DNA of 63,915 bases, the filler included. It is 9 parts of 9 records of this genome, joined end to end, with 100 filler letters (N's around TTAATTAATTAA, not from the genome) between each part and the next. Parts side by side here need not be neighbours in the genome. Positions count along the whole stretch, not along the records: positions 33,986 to 42,633 come from SRR7504441_6340; positions 42,734 to 51,549 come from SRR7504441_6342; 7 more parts are not named here. The stretch is one strand, 5' to 3'. Shown here piece after piece: positions 34,537 to 45,700 of this stretch. The position numbers and the translations under genes are program-made. The first letter of the stretch is position 1. Each line of letters starts with the position of its first letter. The notes beneath the pieces were generated by a model that was not told where the DNA came from, searched no databases, and saw only the letters and a program-made list of their open reading frames with translations.

Positions 34537-36807
34537 ATGCGAAGGATTGGCTGGTCGCTGGCGGTTGGGCTTGGCCTTTTGGTGTGGCTGGCGACTGCGG
34601 ACCTGCCCAACCACTGCCTGTGGGATCAAGTGCACGGCGAGTGGTCCTTCCACATGAGCACGCCGGACCACTCAAAGGCCGACAAGTGCTCGGACGCCTC
34701 CCGAAACTTCGGCCGGTCGGGCCAGAACTTTGGGCTGGGCGGCCCAAACTACGACGTCGACCGGGTGTTCAAGGTGCGGCTCTCCAAGCCCAACAAGGCC
34801 ACCGCGGAGGGCGCGGACGGCCGGGAGCTCCGGGGCACTTGGACCATGATCTACGACGAGGGCTTCGAGGTCAGGATCGACGACAAGCGCTTCTTCGCCT
34901 TCTCCTACTACGAGCACAGTGCCAACGGTGGGATCAAGTCGGTGTGCCACAAGACGTTCCCCGGCTGGTATCACCCGGCCTCCAACCCGGACGGTAACGA
35001 CTGGGGCTGCTACCACGGCACAAAGCACAACCCGCAGGCTTCGGACGAGGCCAGCCACCCGCCGGCAATCGAGCTGGGCGAGCCGAGGATGGACCAGCCG
35101 TACCAGCCCGAGAAGGCGCTTGTGGACGAGGTGAACAGCCGGCCGGGCGGCTCGTGGAAGGCCAAGCTTTACAAGAGCTTTGAGGGCCGGAGCATGGGCG
35201 AGCTGCACCAGCTGGGAGGAATGCGGCTGCTCGACGAGTACAAGAAGGTGCCGAGCGAGCGGTTGATCGAGCTCCAGGCCGACCAGTCGGAGGAGGACAT
35301 CTCGGACCTGCCCAAGCATTTCGACTGGCGGAATGTGAATGGGCAGAACTTTGTCAACCCTGTGGGAAACCAAGAGGCAACAGTCGGCCAGGCATGGGCT
35401 GACCTGGGGGCAGGCGTGCGGCTCGTGCTACGTGCACGCCTCGCTGGACATGCTCACCTCCCGGATCCGAGTCCAGACCAACAACACTGTCAATCCAGAC
35501 CTCTCTGTCGACAATGTGCTCGAGTGCTCCGAGTACTCACAGGGCTGCGCAGGCGGCTACGGCTACCTGGTGGGCAAGTACCTGCAGGACTTTGGCGGGC
35601 AGCAGACGAGCGAGCAGTGGCCGAGCTACGATTCGGACAACAAGGAGCAGTCCTTCAGCAAGTGCACTGGCAAGCCGGCCGTGCGGACTAGCGATTACTA
35701 TTACGTGGGCGGCTACTACGGCGCGTCCAACTGGAAAAACATGATGCGCGAGATCCACCAGAACGGGCCGATCGTGGTCGGGTTTAACACGAATGCCTGG
35801 TTCTACCATTACTCGTCCGGGTGCGCGCTCCGGGTGCGTTTAGTGCCTGACTGGTGAGGTAGGGTGTTTGTTGAAGAGGCTGAGGGTGCGACAATGAATC
35901 CGTGGCACGCCACCACGCACGCGGTGGTGATCGTGGGCTGGGGCGAGCACAAGGACCACGGAAAGTTCTGGCTTGTCAAGAACAGCTGGGGAACTGGCTG
36001 GGGCGAGGACGGGTACTTCCGGATGCGACGAGGCGTCAACGCCCACGTGATTGAATCTAAACCGGTCGGCTTCATACCGACTGAAGGCCCGGATCCCGCA
36101 GTCCGGGATAAGTACAGCAGCTACACGATGGATAGCGGCAACTCGCCTGAGCTCGGCGAGAGCGACTCTGTCGGCTGCGCTAGCCAGTGCCGCGCCCAGC
36201 CCTCAGCCAACCGGGGCGGCTGCCTGTCTGACTGCATCCGCCGCAGCCGCGCGCACCCGCACACGGCCGCAGTCCGGTGAGCCGTGGCCATGGGTCAGCT
36301 GAGTGTGCCTGGCAGCTCGGCCACTGCGATGCTCGCAGCGGCACGCTCAAAAGCTAAGGCCGAGCAGCTGATCGACAAGGCCCGGCAGCGGGCCAGTCGA
36401 GCCAGCCAGCCGCGCACTGAGTCGCTGCGAGTCGCGGCGGACGCCACCGCCGACCTGCACGTGGCTCAGGCGGAGGACGAGGTGGCTGCGATGATGAAGA
36501 GCTGGGCGGCCGACAAAGATGGTGCCCCACAGCGCGTGGTCGGAGCTGATAGGGGGCAGGCCGGGCGCGGTACGGGAAGGCCAAGGACGAGGCGGATCAA
36601 AGGCTCAAGCACTCAGTGGAGAAAGTCCGGCAAAGCCAGCAGGCGCTTGATGGGCCGGAAGGCGCACGGGTCGAGCAGGCTCGGGCCAAGAAGGCATGGA
36701 TCAAGGCCGACGCCAAGCTGCTCAAGGCCGGAGCCGATGCCAGAGTGGCCTCCCACCAGCTGAGGGCCGGCAGCACCCAAGTGCACACGCTAGATGAAAC
36801 TGTTTGA
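34537..36807 (+). CDS. CTSC: Cathepsin C (dipeptidyl peptidase I) with C-terminal helical extension, 5 exons
   Basis: Signal peptide + ADLPNHC; exclusion domain [56 protein letters not shown] and [15 protein letters not shown]. Introns at 35377-35413 (GC), 35821-35862, 36277-36315 and 36522-36559; the last two are less certain. Confidence 0.9.
35377..35413 (+). other. 37-nt GC-AG intron
   Basis: GAG|gcaaca...gctgac...gggcag|GCG. Restores the catalytic NQ-x-x-CGSCY spacing exactly. Confidence 0.9.
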
Positions 36808-37097
36808 GTGGCAACCGCTTCACTGCAACTATATAGCTAGTGTATGACTTGTGATAATTGTGATTTACAATGCCGTGTGTTGGCTTCCCTTGTTGGTCCT
36901 TGGAAGTATTCAAGCTTTAATACATGCCATTGTATATAAGCATTCTGATTTCAATCAACATACTCGACGGATTGAGATGGGATTCGCACCTAACCCATAC
37001 CTAACCCACACACCCGAGCTTAGATGAGCCTACGTACTTAATTATAACGTAACGTATTATAGCGTACTGTAATACTGCGTACATGTAAGAATACGAT

Positions 37098-38771
37098 TTA
37101 ATTAAATGCCTCTTGGCGCAGCAGCTCGGCAACGATATCGCCGTGTCTCCTGCCGTTATGCACCGCCCCGTTCATGTACCCCGCGCCCTTGGGGCTCCAC
37201 TCAGACCCTCCGAAGAACACCCGGCCGCCCGGCACCGCCCCGAACTGCTCTCTGGCCCGGCTGAGCACGTTGGGCGGCCACCAAGCCCCGTAGGCTCCCA
37301 TCACGTAAGGCTCCTCTGCCCAGGCCTGTCCGACCACGCTGCTCGGCCGCGGCAGCCCCGGCACGCCTTCAAGCAGCTTGTACCAGCCGTCGGCCCGTGC
37401 AGCGGCCGTCGAGCCGTTACCAGGCCAGCCGAAGCTGAACAACGCGCCCAGCCCACGAGGGCAGCGCTCGGTCGGCAGTGTGAGCGGGCTGTTGTCAATC
37501 ACGTCTGTAGGGAAGAAGCAAGTCCCGTTCGGATCCTGCTGGCTGTCGGCTGGGAGCGGCGGGAGCGCCTGGTACACCATGGGCCACATAACCTGACGGG
37601 CCGAGATATCCTCCCAGAGGGATCGGTTGGCCCTCCAGACCGGGCCTTGCTCAAACAAGGCGTAGTGCTTGTTGTAGTTGCCGATGTGCGCCGACTTGAG
37701 CATCAGCGCCACCCCCGGCGGCAGCGCCGGCTCCCAGGAGACATGTGCGCTCAGTGCGACAGGGGTGCCAGTTATGATGGCGTACTTGCCAACATAACTT
37801 TCTCCGTTGCTCGTCACAAACTCAACCGACGAACTTGTGTACCGGATCTTCCGGACCGGAGACGAGAGCTTGACCACCGCCCCGGCTTGCTCGAGCAAAT
37901 GGACCAGCCGCACACTCATTTGCTGCACACCTCCCACGATCCTGTAATTCTGTACATCGACTGCCATCGAGATCGTGCCCGAGTTGGACTTAACTGAATG
38001 CAGCCACCAGAGCGCCGAGCCCCGCCAGAAGATCTCTTGCCCGGATGAGCTAGCTGATGTGATCGAGATCCAGAACGCCGGCGGCAGGCTGGTTGGGTGC
38101 TGCAGGTTCACTTGATTGAGCCCCTGCGCTATCAGGTCCTCCTTAGTGATGTTGCACCCGACCGACCGCAGCAGCTCCAGAGGGGTCACCGCGTCCAGTC
38201 GCTCGGCCCCCGGGGTCTCCCACGGTTGGCCCAGCACCACGCTCGTGTACAGCTCGGCCATCCGGCGCTGGCACTCCGCCCCGGCCTGCGCCTGGCCGAT
38301 CCTGCTGCCGCTCGCATTCGGGCCGAAGAACGTGTCGGCCGCGCTTAGCCCAGGCGAGCTCGCCGGCGGGACCCGATCCAGCCAGCGCTCGACGGCTGGG
38401 TCCCGCCCGGCTGGGCCGACTGGGAAGCCATAGAGCGCCCAGGGCCACCCGTTGTACACCCCCAGATCGAGACGGTCGACCGCGAGGTCCCAGACGTCAG
38501 CGTCCACCTCGCGCTGGGCGATCCACTGGGCCCCGAGCTCGACCGTCTGGCCGCACACGGTGTGGTCCTTGGTCCGGCCGCCGATCCGGTCGCTCGCCTC
38601 GATGAGGCACACCCGGGGCTGCGGCGCCCCGACAGGCCGCTCACCCACCAGCCGCCAGGCGGCCGAGGTGCCGGCAAGCCCGGCCCCGAGCACCAGCACG
38701 TCGCACTCCACCCCGGCCGCCAGAGCAGGCAGCAGCAGCCCCCAGAGCCCAACCCAGCGCACCGGGACCAT
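37098..38771 (-). CDS. Secreted flavin-dependent amine oxidase (MAO/PAO family)
   Basis: Signal peptide, DVLVLGAGLAG, EASDRIGGR, VELGAQWI, W.EEPY.MGAY and FFGGSE..GYMNGAV.NG. Confidence 0.92.
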   Translation of the reverse strand: MVPVRWVGLWGLLLPALAAGVECDVLVLGAGLAGTSAAWRLVGERPVGAPQPRVCLIEASDRIGGRTKDHTVCGQTVELGAQWIAQREVDADVWDLAVDRLDLGVYNGWPWALYGFPVGPAGRDPAVERWLDRVPPASSPGLSAADTFFGPNASGSRIGQAQAGAECQRRMAELYTSVVLGQPWETPGAERLDAVTPLELLRSVGCNITKEDLIAQGLNQVNLQHPTSLPPAFWISITSASSSGQEIFWRGSALWWLHSVKSNSGTISMAVDVQNYRIVGGVQQMSVRLVHLLEQAGAVVKLSSPVRKIRYTSSSVEFVTSNGESYVGKYAIITGTPVALSAHVSWEPALPPGVALMLKSAHIGNYNKHYALFEQGPVWRANRSLWEDISARQVMWPMVYQALPPLPADSQQDPNGTCFFPTDVIDNSPLTLPTERCPRGLGALFSFGWPGNGSTAAARADGWYKLLEGVPGLPRPSSVVGQAWAEEPYVMGAYGAWWPPNVLSRAREQFGAVPGGRVFFGGSEWSPKGAGYMNGAVHNGRRHGDIVAELLRQEAFN

Positions 38772-38825
38772 CGCCCTTCAAAAAAAGCCGTTATTTCACA
38801 GCCACCGCGCCGCAGCCGGCACGGG

Positions 38826-39260
38826 ATGAGCAAGCGGCGCCGGGGGGCTGAGGCGGGGAGCAGCTCGCTGCCCGAGAGCACGCGGCGGGGGCTGGCGCTG
38901 CTGGTGGCGGGTCGGCGGGCTGAGGTCGGCGAGATGCTGGACGCCGATGGGGAGGAGACCGCGGGGCTGTGCGACCGACTGGCCGGGGTGATGCGTGTGA
39001 ACTCGCTGTCGGTGGAGGCGATGCTCGGGCGGTTCTTCTCGCGGGAGATGCTTAGCGAGCACGCGCTGGCGCTGGGGAAGAGCGGCAAGGGGAACGAGGC
39101 CACTCTGGCCGGCCGGATTGCCAACGCCTGGGCGCGAGGGCAGTTCCCACCGGCGGACGGGCCGACTGGCGATACATGCGCAAAGGCCGAAGCAGGGGAG
39201 GCGGGGGATGACGCGAGTGGCAGTAAACGTGCAAAGCCGCAGGCAGCCGAGGAGGAGTGA
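38826..39260 (+). CDS. Hypothetical protein (144 aa)
   Basis: ATG 54 bp from the divergent amine oxidase start. Basic N-terminus MSKRRR, helical core, and AT-rich sequence after the stop. Confidence 0.6.
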   Translation: MSKRRRGAEAGSSSLPESTRRGLALLVAGRRAEVGEMLDADGEETAGLCDRLAGVMRVNSLSVEAMLGRFFSREMLSEHALALGKSGKGNEATLAGRIANAWARGQFPPADGPTGDTCAKAEAGEAGDDASGSKRAKPQAAEEE

Positions 39261-39332
39261 TAAAGTGCTTAGTAATGGCATCACAATCATACTGACGAGT
39301 AAAGCTATAGAGCTGTACTGAATCGCCATCAG

Positions 39333-40442
39333 CTATCCGGCCAGCTCAAACTCGCCGTTGGCCTCCCGCTCGCGCCAGTCGCGCGGCCAAAACTTGCTCC
39401 GGTACGGCGCCTCGAACCGGTCGCCGTCCGGCGGATGACACCAGTAGTTGATGGCCATGTGCCCGCCCCGTCCCGACCACGAACTCACCTCATGGAACCA
39501 CCCGGCGGGCAGCCAGAGCATCTCGCCGGCCTCGAGCTCGCACTCAGCCCCCGGGGCTGGCACTCGGCTCGCCCGGCAGAAGTTTGGTCTGTCCTGCTCG
39601 CGCCCCGAGTCTTGCTCGGCTTCAAGCAAAGCCTCAAGAGCCCTCTCCATCTCCGCCTCGTCGCCCCCACCCGCAGCCCTGCCCAGCCGCCGCTCGGCTG
39701 CAGCTGCCGCCCGGGCCCCGATCGCGGCCCCGTCGGCGGCGGTGCGGCAGCCCTTGTAGTTGATCCGTCCGTTCGGATGCACTGCTACTATCTGGCCTCC
39801 CGTGCGCATCCGGTGCGCATCAGCCGGCGAATAGAGCCGGAACCGCTTGCGCCCGCGGAGCAGCACGTACAGGTTATCGTGGAAGTCGTGGTGCAGTCCG
39901 GAGCTGGCCCCGTCGGTTGAGTGCCCCAGCCACATGTTGATGTTCATCGGGACTAGCCGTCCGAGCAGCCCAGGCCGGAGCGGCAGCAGCCCGGCGCGGT
40001 GCAGCTGCTTCAGCGGCGGGGCCAACACCTCCGGCCGGCCCTCCCCGTCCGCCTCGAGCGGCTGGGTGGCCATGTACAGCTGTCCGTCCCCGGCAGCGAG
40101 CCGGGCGAGCAGCGAGCCCAGCCTCACCCGCCGGCTCCGGCCGCGTCCGAACCGGCCACCGGTGCGCTGGTCCACCTCCACCGCGGCACGCCCGGCGACC
40201 TCGGCCAGCTGCTTGCCCGACAGCCCGAGCAGCCCAGCCAAGTCGCCCGGCAGCCCGCTGATCTTGACCGGACGTCGCCGGCGGACGAACCGGCGCCAGA
40301 AGTCGCCGGGCGAGATCTCCGGCCCGATCGACCCGATGCGCGGCTGGTCGGCGCGGATCCGCCAGCCGGCGTACCGGTTCCACCGCGGGCGCCGCCCGGC
40401 CATTCGCCGAAGGGCCCGCAGCCGACGCCAGCCACCTCGCAT
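39333..40442 (-). CDS. JmjC/cupin-8 domain protein
   Basis: FVRRRRPVKI, NMWLG, SGLHHDFHDNLYVLLRGRKRFRLY and GEMLWLPAGWFHEV..AINYW. Start is 40442 or 40403. Confidence 0.9.
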   Translation of the reverse strand: MRGGWRRLRALRRMAGRRPRWNRYAGWRIRADQPRIGSIGPEISPGDFWRRFVRRRRPVKISGLPGDLAGLLGLSGKQLAEVAGRAAVEVDQRTGGRFGRGRSRRVRLGSLLARLAAGDGQLYMATQPLEADGEGRPEVLAPPLKQLHRAGLLPLRPGLLGRLVPMNINMWLGHSTDGASSGLHHDFHDNLYVLLRGRKRFRLYSPADAHRMRTGGQIVAVHPNGRINYKGCRTAADGAAIGARAAAAAERRLGRAAGGGDEAEMERALEALLEAEQDSGREQDRPNFCRASRVPAPGAECELEAGEMLWLPAGWFHEVSSWSGRGGHMAINYWCHPPDGDRFEAPYRSKFWPRDWREREANGEFELAG

Positions 40443-40498
40443 CGCAGCCGCAGCCGATTTATTATTTTTATTCGTCGAAAAGCTGTTGCAGACGAGCA

Positions 40499-41366
40499 AT
40501 GCAATCGCCAAGCAAAGTCGGCGATGCGTCCTTCTCCAGGGCCAACTACTGCCCACCTGGGTTCGGGGACAACGTCGGGGACAAGTGCGTGTATGGGGTG
40601 GCCCAGCCCGGCAGCCCCAAGAAGGAGTGGGCCGCCGGGGGATACAAGGCCTCCCCGTGGAGCGTGGGCGGCAACGCGTACGCCAGGCCCCAATACTCCT
40701 CCACCGCCTTCCAGCGCGAGCAGAGCTACCACTCGTCCCGCGTGCTCAATCCGACTCAAAAGTGCGCCCCCGCCGGCCCGCCGGCCGCTCACCGGCCGGG
40801 GGGCAGCATGTTTGACGAGTCGCCCAACGGCACCTCACTCCCTCTCACCTACGCCCCCGGGCCGGCGTACAAGCGCCAGTTCTCGCAGGTGACAGGCGGC
40901 CCGGCGGGGGGGCGAGCCGGGGTGGCAGGGCCGGTTCGAGGAGAACATCGATCAGCGGCACTGGTCGCAGGTCCAACATGAAGCCGCCATGATGCCGCAC
41001 CGGTCCACAATCTCGCTGGCGCACCCAGAATTCAATGTGGCACCCGAGGTGGTCCCACCATACGGGATTGACAAGTCCGAATCGATGATGCTGGCCGGTC
41101 GGAGAGTGAGCCACACAGCACCTCCGCAGGGCTGGCAAGGACAATTCGACTCGCAGCTTCATGTCCCCCGCAACCAGTGCACCGGCGGGCAGGCCGAGCG
41201 TATGTGCCAGGCTGAGTCAGTGCACCAGCTTGTGCACAACGGAGGCCCGCCGCAGGACTGCAAGCCAAGCCATGCGGTGTACGGCACGCAAGTGCAGGAC
41301 TGGCAAGGCAACATGGACTCCAACTTGTCTTCCCGTCGGCAGATGCGGGCTCAGGGCTACGACTAG
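40499..41366 (+). CDS. Hypothetical low-structure protein, 2 exons
   Basis: A 40-nt GT-AG intron (40889-40928) joins the 40499 and 40989 ORFs in frame. Followed by an AT-rich spacer. Confidence 0.6.
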
Positions 41367-41568
41367 CCGCTGACTCAAGTGTTGAGCGACCAAGATCGCA
41401 TCGCACTACTTACCTAGGCCCATGCTAAACTGATTTTTATTAAACAAGATGCTCTAAGGATTCTTATGTGTACATAATTATTATGTCATTGCAAAAGCGG
41501 GCATAAATTTAATACTTAGCCCCCCCTTAGCGCCCTTAGTGTCGCTACGGGGTTAATTAATGAAGTGT

Positions 41569-42633
41569 TTATTTGTATCCATCGCGGTAGCTCATCACTT
41601 GCGAGAGCATTGGGGCGTGTTGCTGAGCAATCCAACCGACAAGCTCGGCCAGCAGGTTGGCCCTGGGCTTGGTCAGCTTGAGCTCGGCTGTTCGATAGTG
41701 CGGGAACCGGGCGAATGGCCCGCTTGATACAGTCTGTGTCGGGTCATCGGGCCGGTCTTTGGGGACCACAAGCGCACTGAGCTCAGGCCGCAGCTGTTTC
41801 TCCCAAGTCCTGCACCGCCCAACATACACCCAGCCGACCATCACCGGCAGACCCGGCTCGACCCCCCAGTGCCGGTTGGCAACGGTGGTGAGCATCGTTT
41901 GAGCCACTGCGCCGCTCCCATCGTGCTGGGCTTGCTGCAGGCTGTTGATCACTCGCCCGTAATCCGACCGATCAAACACACGATTCAGAGTGTAATTGTA
42001 GCCAACCCCGGCTGCAGGGCCGACCCCGAACAGCCCGTTGATGCTGTCGTCCACGCTGTGCTCGCTGGTGTTGGCTAGGCCGGCCGGTGTGCTAGGATCC
42101 CACACATCCCGTGGCAGCAGTGGCGTGCCGGAGCTAATCAGGACCACCGCGGAGCGCACCTTGCGCCTGAGCAGCCCGAGCAGTCCGAGGTTGTCGATCG
42201 AGCCGCCATCCGACAGATACACCATCCGAGACCGGCCGTGGTCATTGGTTGGCGACCAGTATTCAGTCTGAGGATTCTCGAGCTTTGCCATCCAACGAAG
42301 TGCGAGCTTGCTCACGAGCAGCTGACCAAACGTCCAGCTGGACCAGCCGGCCACCTGCCATAGCGAGAGCAGCTCCGCCGGCCGCGGGAGCGAGAGCAGC
42401 CCTGACGCCCGTCCAGCCAGCCCAGGCTGCCCGTTGACGGCCGCGCCAAATGCATGAGGCTCGAGCATCCCACCCACTGTCAGGTTGATCGCCCGGCCGC
42501 AACACCCCGCAAATACCCGCCGACCGGCTGGACTGCCCATCCCCACATACAGCGGGCTGGCCTCTACGAGCAGCCCCCCGCCCTCCACCTTCAGCGGAGC
42601 CAGCTCTGCAGGGCCCTCCAGCGCCACCCCCAC
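41569..42633 (-). CDS. Patatin/lysophospholipase-like protein, C-terminal part (5' truncated)
   Basis: YLSDGGSIDNLGLLGLLRRKV (DGG motif) and C-terminal FPHY.T. Confidence 0.6.
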   Translation of the reverse strand: MGVALEGPAELAPLKVEGGGLLVEASPLYVGMGSPAGRRVFAGCCGRAINLTVGGMLEPHAFGAAVNGQPGLAGRASGLLSLPRPAELLSLWQVAGWSSWTFGQLLVSKLALRWMAKLENPQTEYWSPTNDHGRSRMVYLSDGGSIDNLGLLGLLRRKVRSAVVLISSGTPLLPRDVWDPSTPAGLANTSEHSVDDSINGLFGVGPAAGVGYNYTLNRVFDRSDYGRVINSLQQAQHDGSGAVAQTMLTTVANRHWGVEPGLPVMVGWVYVGRCRTWEKQLRPELSALVVPKDRPDDPTQTVSSGPFARFPHYRTAELKLTKPRANLLAELVGWIAQQHAPMLSQVMSYRDGYK

Positions 42634-42733
42634 NNNNNNNNNNNNNNNNNNNNNNNNNNNNNNNNNNNNNNNNNNNNTTAATTAATTAANNNNNNNNNNN
42701 NNNNNNNNNNNNNNNNNNNNNNNNNNNNNNNNN
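42634..42733. other. Artificial contig linker
   Basis: N run + TTAATTAATTAA + N run. Confidence 0.99.
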
Positions 42734-45700
42734 CACTTGACCATCCTTCTGTTCGGCCGTAGCCAATGTGGCTTGTGCTTCAGTGTTTGACTTTTGGCTC
42801 TGCGCTTGGGCTAGGCTTGTCTCAGCTTGACTGATCTTGATGGAGTCACCTGTTCTCTTGGCCAGTTCCACAGAGGCCAGAGCCTGCTGCTCAGTACGAA
42901 TAGCCTCAGCAGCATTGTCTCTATAATCTTGCACAGCTAGCTGTGTGGCCTTTTCCTTGGTTTCCTGCTGCTTCACCTTAGTCTCCTCCACAAGGGCACG
43001 CGCAGCTGAGATCTGAAGCTGGTCCCCAGCCGCTTGTGCAGCCTTTAGCCCAGACTCAGCCTGATGGACATCCTGCTCTAGCGTCGTGAGCTGCTCTTGG
43101 GCCCTCTCTAATGGGCCTGTCTCCTCCTGGGACGCCGGTTCTTGTGGCTGTGGTGGGATTGTTGCAGGAGCGGGTGCAGCACTCTGTGCTGATGCCACTG
43201 CTGCTGTGGGCGCAAGCGTTGGAACCACAGTGGGTGACTCAGTCGGCGGGTATAGGCTCCAGCAGATGAACTTGACTTTGGTTGCAGCAACCATGCCGCG
43301 TTGACTGATATGAGTGTCAGGAGATATCTTCAACCGCACTCGCTTGTGTAATCCTGCACCCATCTCGAAATCACCAAGGGATCTATAGTGCGGCTCTTTG
43401 TCTGAAGTGAGAGTGCTGATCTCTTGAACTGACTTGCCATCGCTTCCAAGAACCTCTATCAGGCCTGGTGTACTCGGCATATCTGGGGCTCGCGCTACAA
43501 AGAAGAACACCTCACAGAGAGAGTCAGTGACCAGCCGGGTACTAAAGTCAATGAAAGCTGCAAGGTCATACGTGTGCATCCCGGCCTCGCCACGTTGCTG
43601 GTGGTGGCATTCTGTCCAATTGCCAACCATCTCTGCATGAGGATCATCATAAAACACTGTCTGAATGGCTGCTCGCTCAGCAACTTGAATCTCCCAGCTG
43701 CCCTGAGACTTGCCCGAGCAGGTCAACTCACCACTGTCTCGAGCACCCAAGAACTCGAGGTCATCACTTCGTTGCAGCATCACGCTACTGTCTTCGTTGA
43801 CGGCCCCCATCTGCCCGGGTTCAGCTGAAGCCTTGACAAACCATTCGGTGCCCTCCTGAGGTTCCAACTCGGGTGGTCCGGCGCCAAAATACAACAATCC
43901 GCCTTCAGGCCGCTCGAATCGAACCTTGGAGCCGTATTCAACAAATGTTGTATCGTACCGCTCCGGAACACTGCGGACAGTCCAACTGGCCCGAAAGTTG
44001 GCAACCTTTGCAGATGCGCTCACAGTCTCACTAGTGAGAAACTTGCCATTATCAGAAAGCAAATACACCCTGTCCCCTAGCTTTATTGGTGGACTTGATC
44101 CAGCAGCCAGCCTCTCACAAGACATTGTTAGTCTGGTTGCAGTCACCAGGCCGATCCCGTTGCCGCCAGGTTGCAGCTGCACTCGCCGCTGTAGCCCATG
44201 CTCCATGTAGAAATTGCCCAGAGATATCATCTTTGCTGTACCTGTCATCCCTGCAAATGAGATCCGTCTCTCCTTCTCGCCGCCAATCTCATACACAATC
44301 AGCCGTGCATCTGGATCACCATCTGGCCTCGGGTCCACCCAGTAATTGAGCCCACAGAATGCGTCGTAAGGCAGAGCAGCTTTGAAGAGGAACCAAGCTT
44401 TCAGGTCGGCTGGTGCTTTGGGAGTATAGTGTGGCAGCGCACCTTGCTCGTCTAGCTTCCACTGGCTACCCCGCGTTACAAGGTTGGCATCATCAATGTC
44501 AACTTGAATCCTGCTGGTTGCTGGTAGTGGATCGCAAGCCAGCTTGATTGAACTTGCAGCAACATAGCCATCAGAAGCGCCAGACACCCGAACCCTGGGT
44601 TTGCTACCAGCGCTGAACGCAAACAGGCCTAGCTCAAGCCATCCAGATTGCTTACCTTGCAGATTAATGGTCTTTTTCTGCTCGCCAGTGAGTGCATAGA
44701 CACTCACTGGTGCTTGTGGCGAGAGGGTCTTGTCGCGGGGTGCAAAGTACCAGACTCGGCATTTGCTGTCAACCTGCAAGTCTGTAATGAACTCAAACCA
44801 GCTTGCCTGGTCCTGTGATCCCTGCATCACTGAAGGCAGCAATCCAGGCTCCTGCTTGATTGTCCACAGTCCCCAGCGCACGGTACGCAGTGCGTCTGTG
44901 CAGATCACTTGCTGGTGGAGTGCTGGTGGAGGAAGCGGCTGGCACACCAGCTTCAGCCTTGATGCTGTAATAAAGCCCTTGGCCATCTTGTTGAGCCCAA
45001 CAGAGACGCGCTGCCGGGTGCCAGCACCCATCTTGTGACTGCCCAAGAAGGTATATTTGCTACCCTGCCCAGCCCAATTCCGAATCTTGGCAGCGTCATC
45101 ATCAATGGTGTGGATTTTAATCAACCCCTCCTCAGTGCCATGGGCCATCCTGTGAACCCATAGCCACACCTCACACTCACTGTCTTCCCGCAGCCTGGCT
45201 GAAAACATTGCTCGAGCCCCTGTGTCATCTGCAAGCTCAGTCCTTAGATACGGGTGTTCTGCTCCACGCTGGCTCACAGTCCATGCTCCCTCCTTGGCCT
45301 CAGCCGGTGCTTCCTGGAGCGAAACCTCAACCACAGATGGTCTCTGGACACCACTAAGCTGCCACTGACTGCTTGGGTTCCCATTGTATACAGCTATACT
45401 GTCTAACTTCCCATCATTTGACGAATCCTTCTGGACCGACAGATACTGGTTCTTTGGCCCACCGTGCAGCAACACGGTGTCACCCAAGAACAGAGACCCC
45501 GTGGAACCCTCCTGCTTGAAGTTGAGTATTTGGTATTGTGCAGACTTGTGAGTGCTGCCCATTACAAGCTTACCTGAGGATGCACCAGCCATTGGAAATG
45601 AAAAGAACGAGCCAGGAGTATTGAGGCTCTCGAGTGCAATTGTGTCCCCAAATTGTATGAATCTGGTGGAACCAGGTGACACTGGTTGGGTTAGCCGCCA

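Noticed and set aside
30335-36559. Stop-codon reassignment or programmed frameshifting to explain broken ORFs
   Set aside because: Nearly all breaks are resolved by short introns with AG acceptors and branch-like sites. TAA, TAG and TGA all end genes normally.
36988-37008. CCTAACCC copies (also near 9680) as telomeric repeats
   Set aside because: Only one or two interrupted units at internal positions, not an array.
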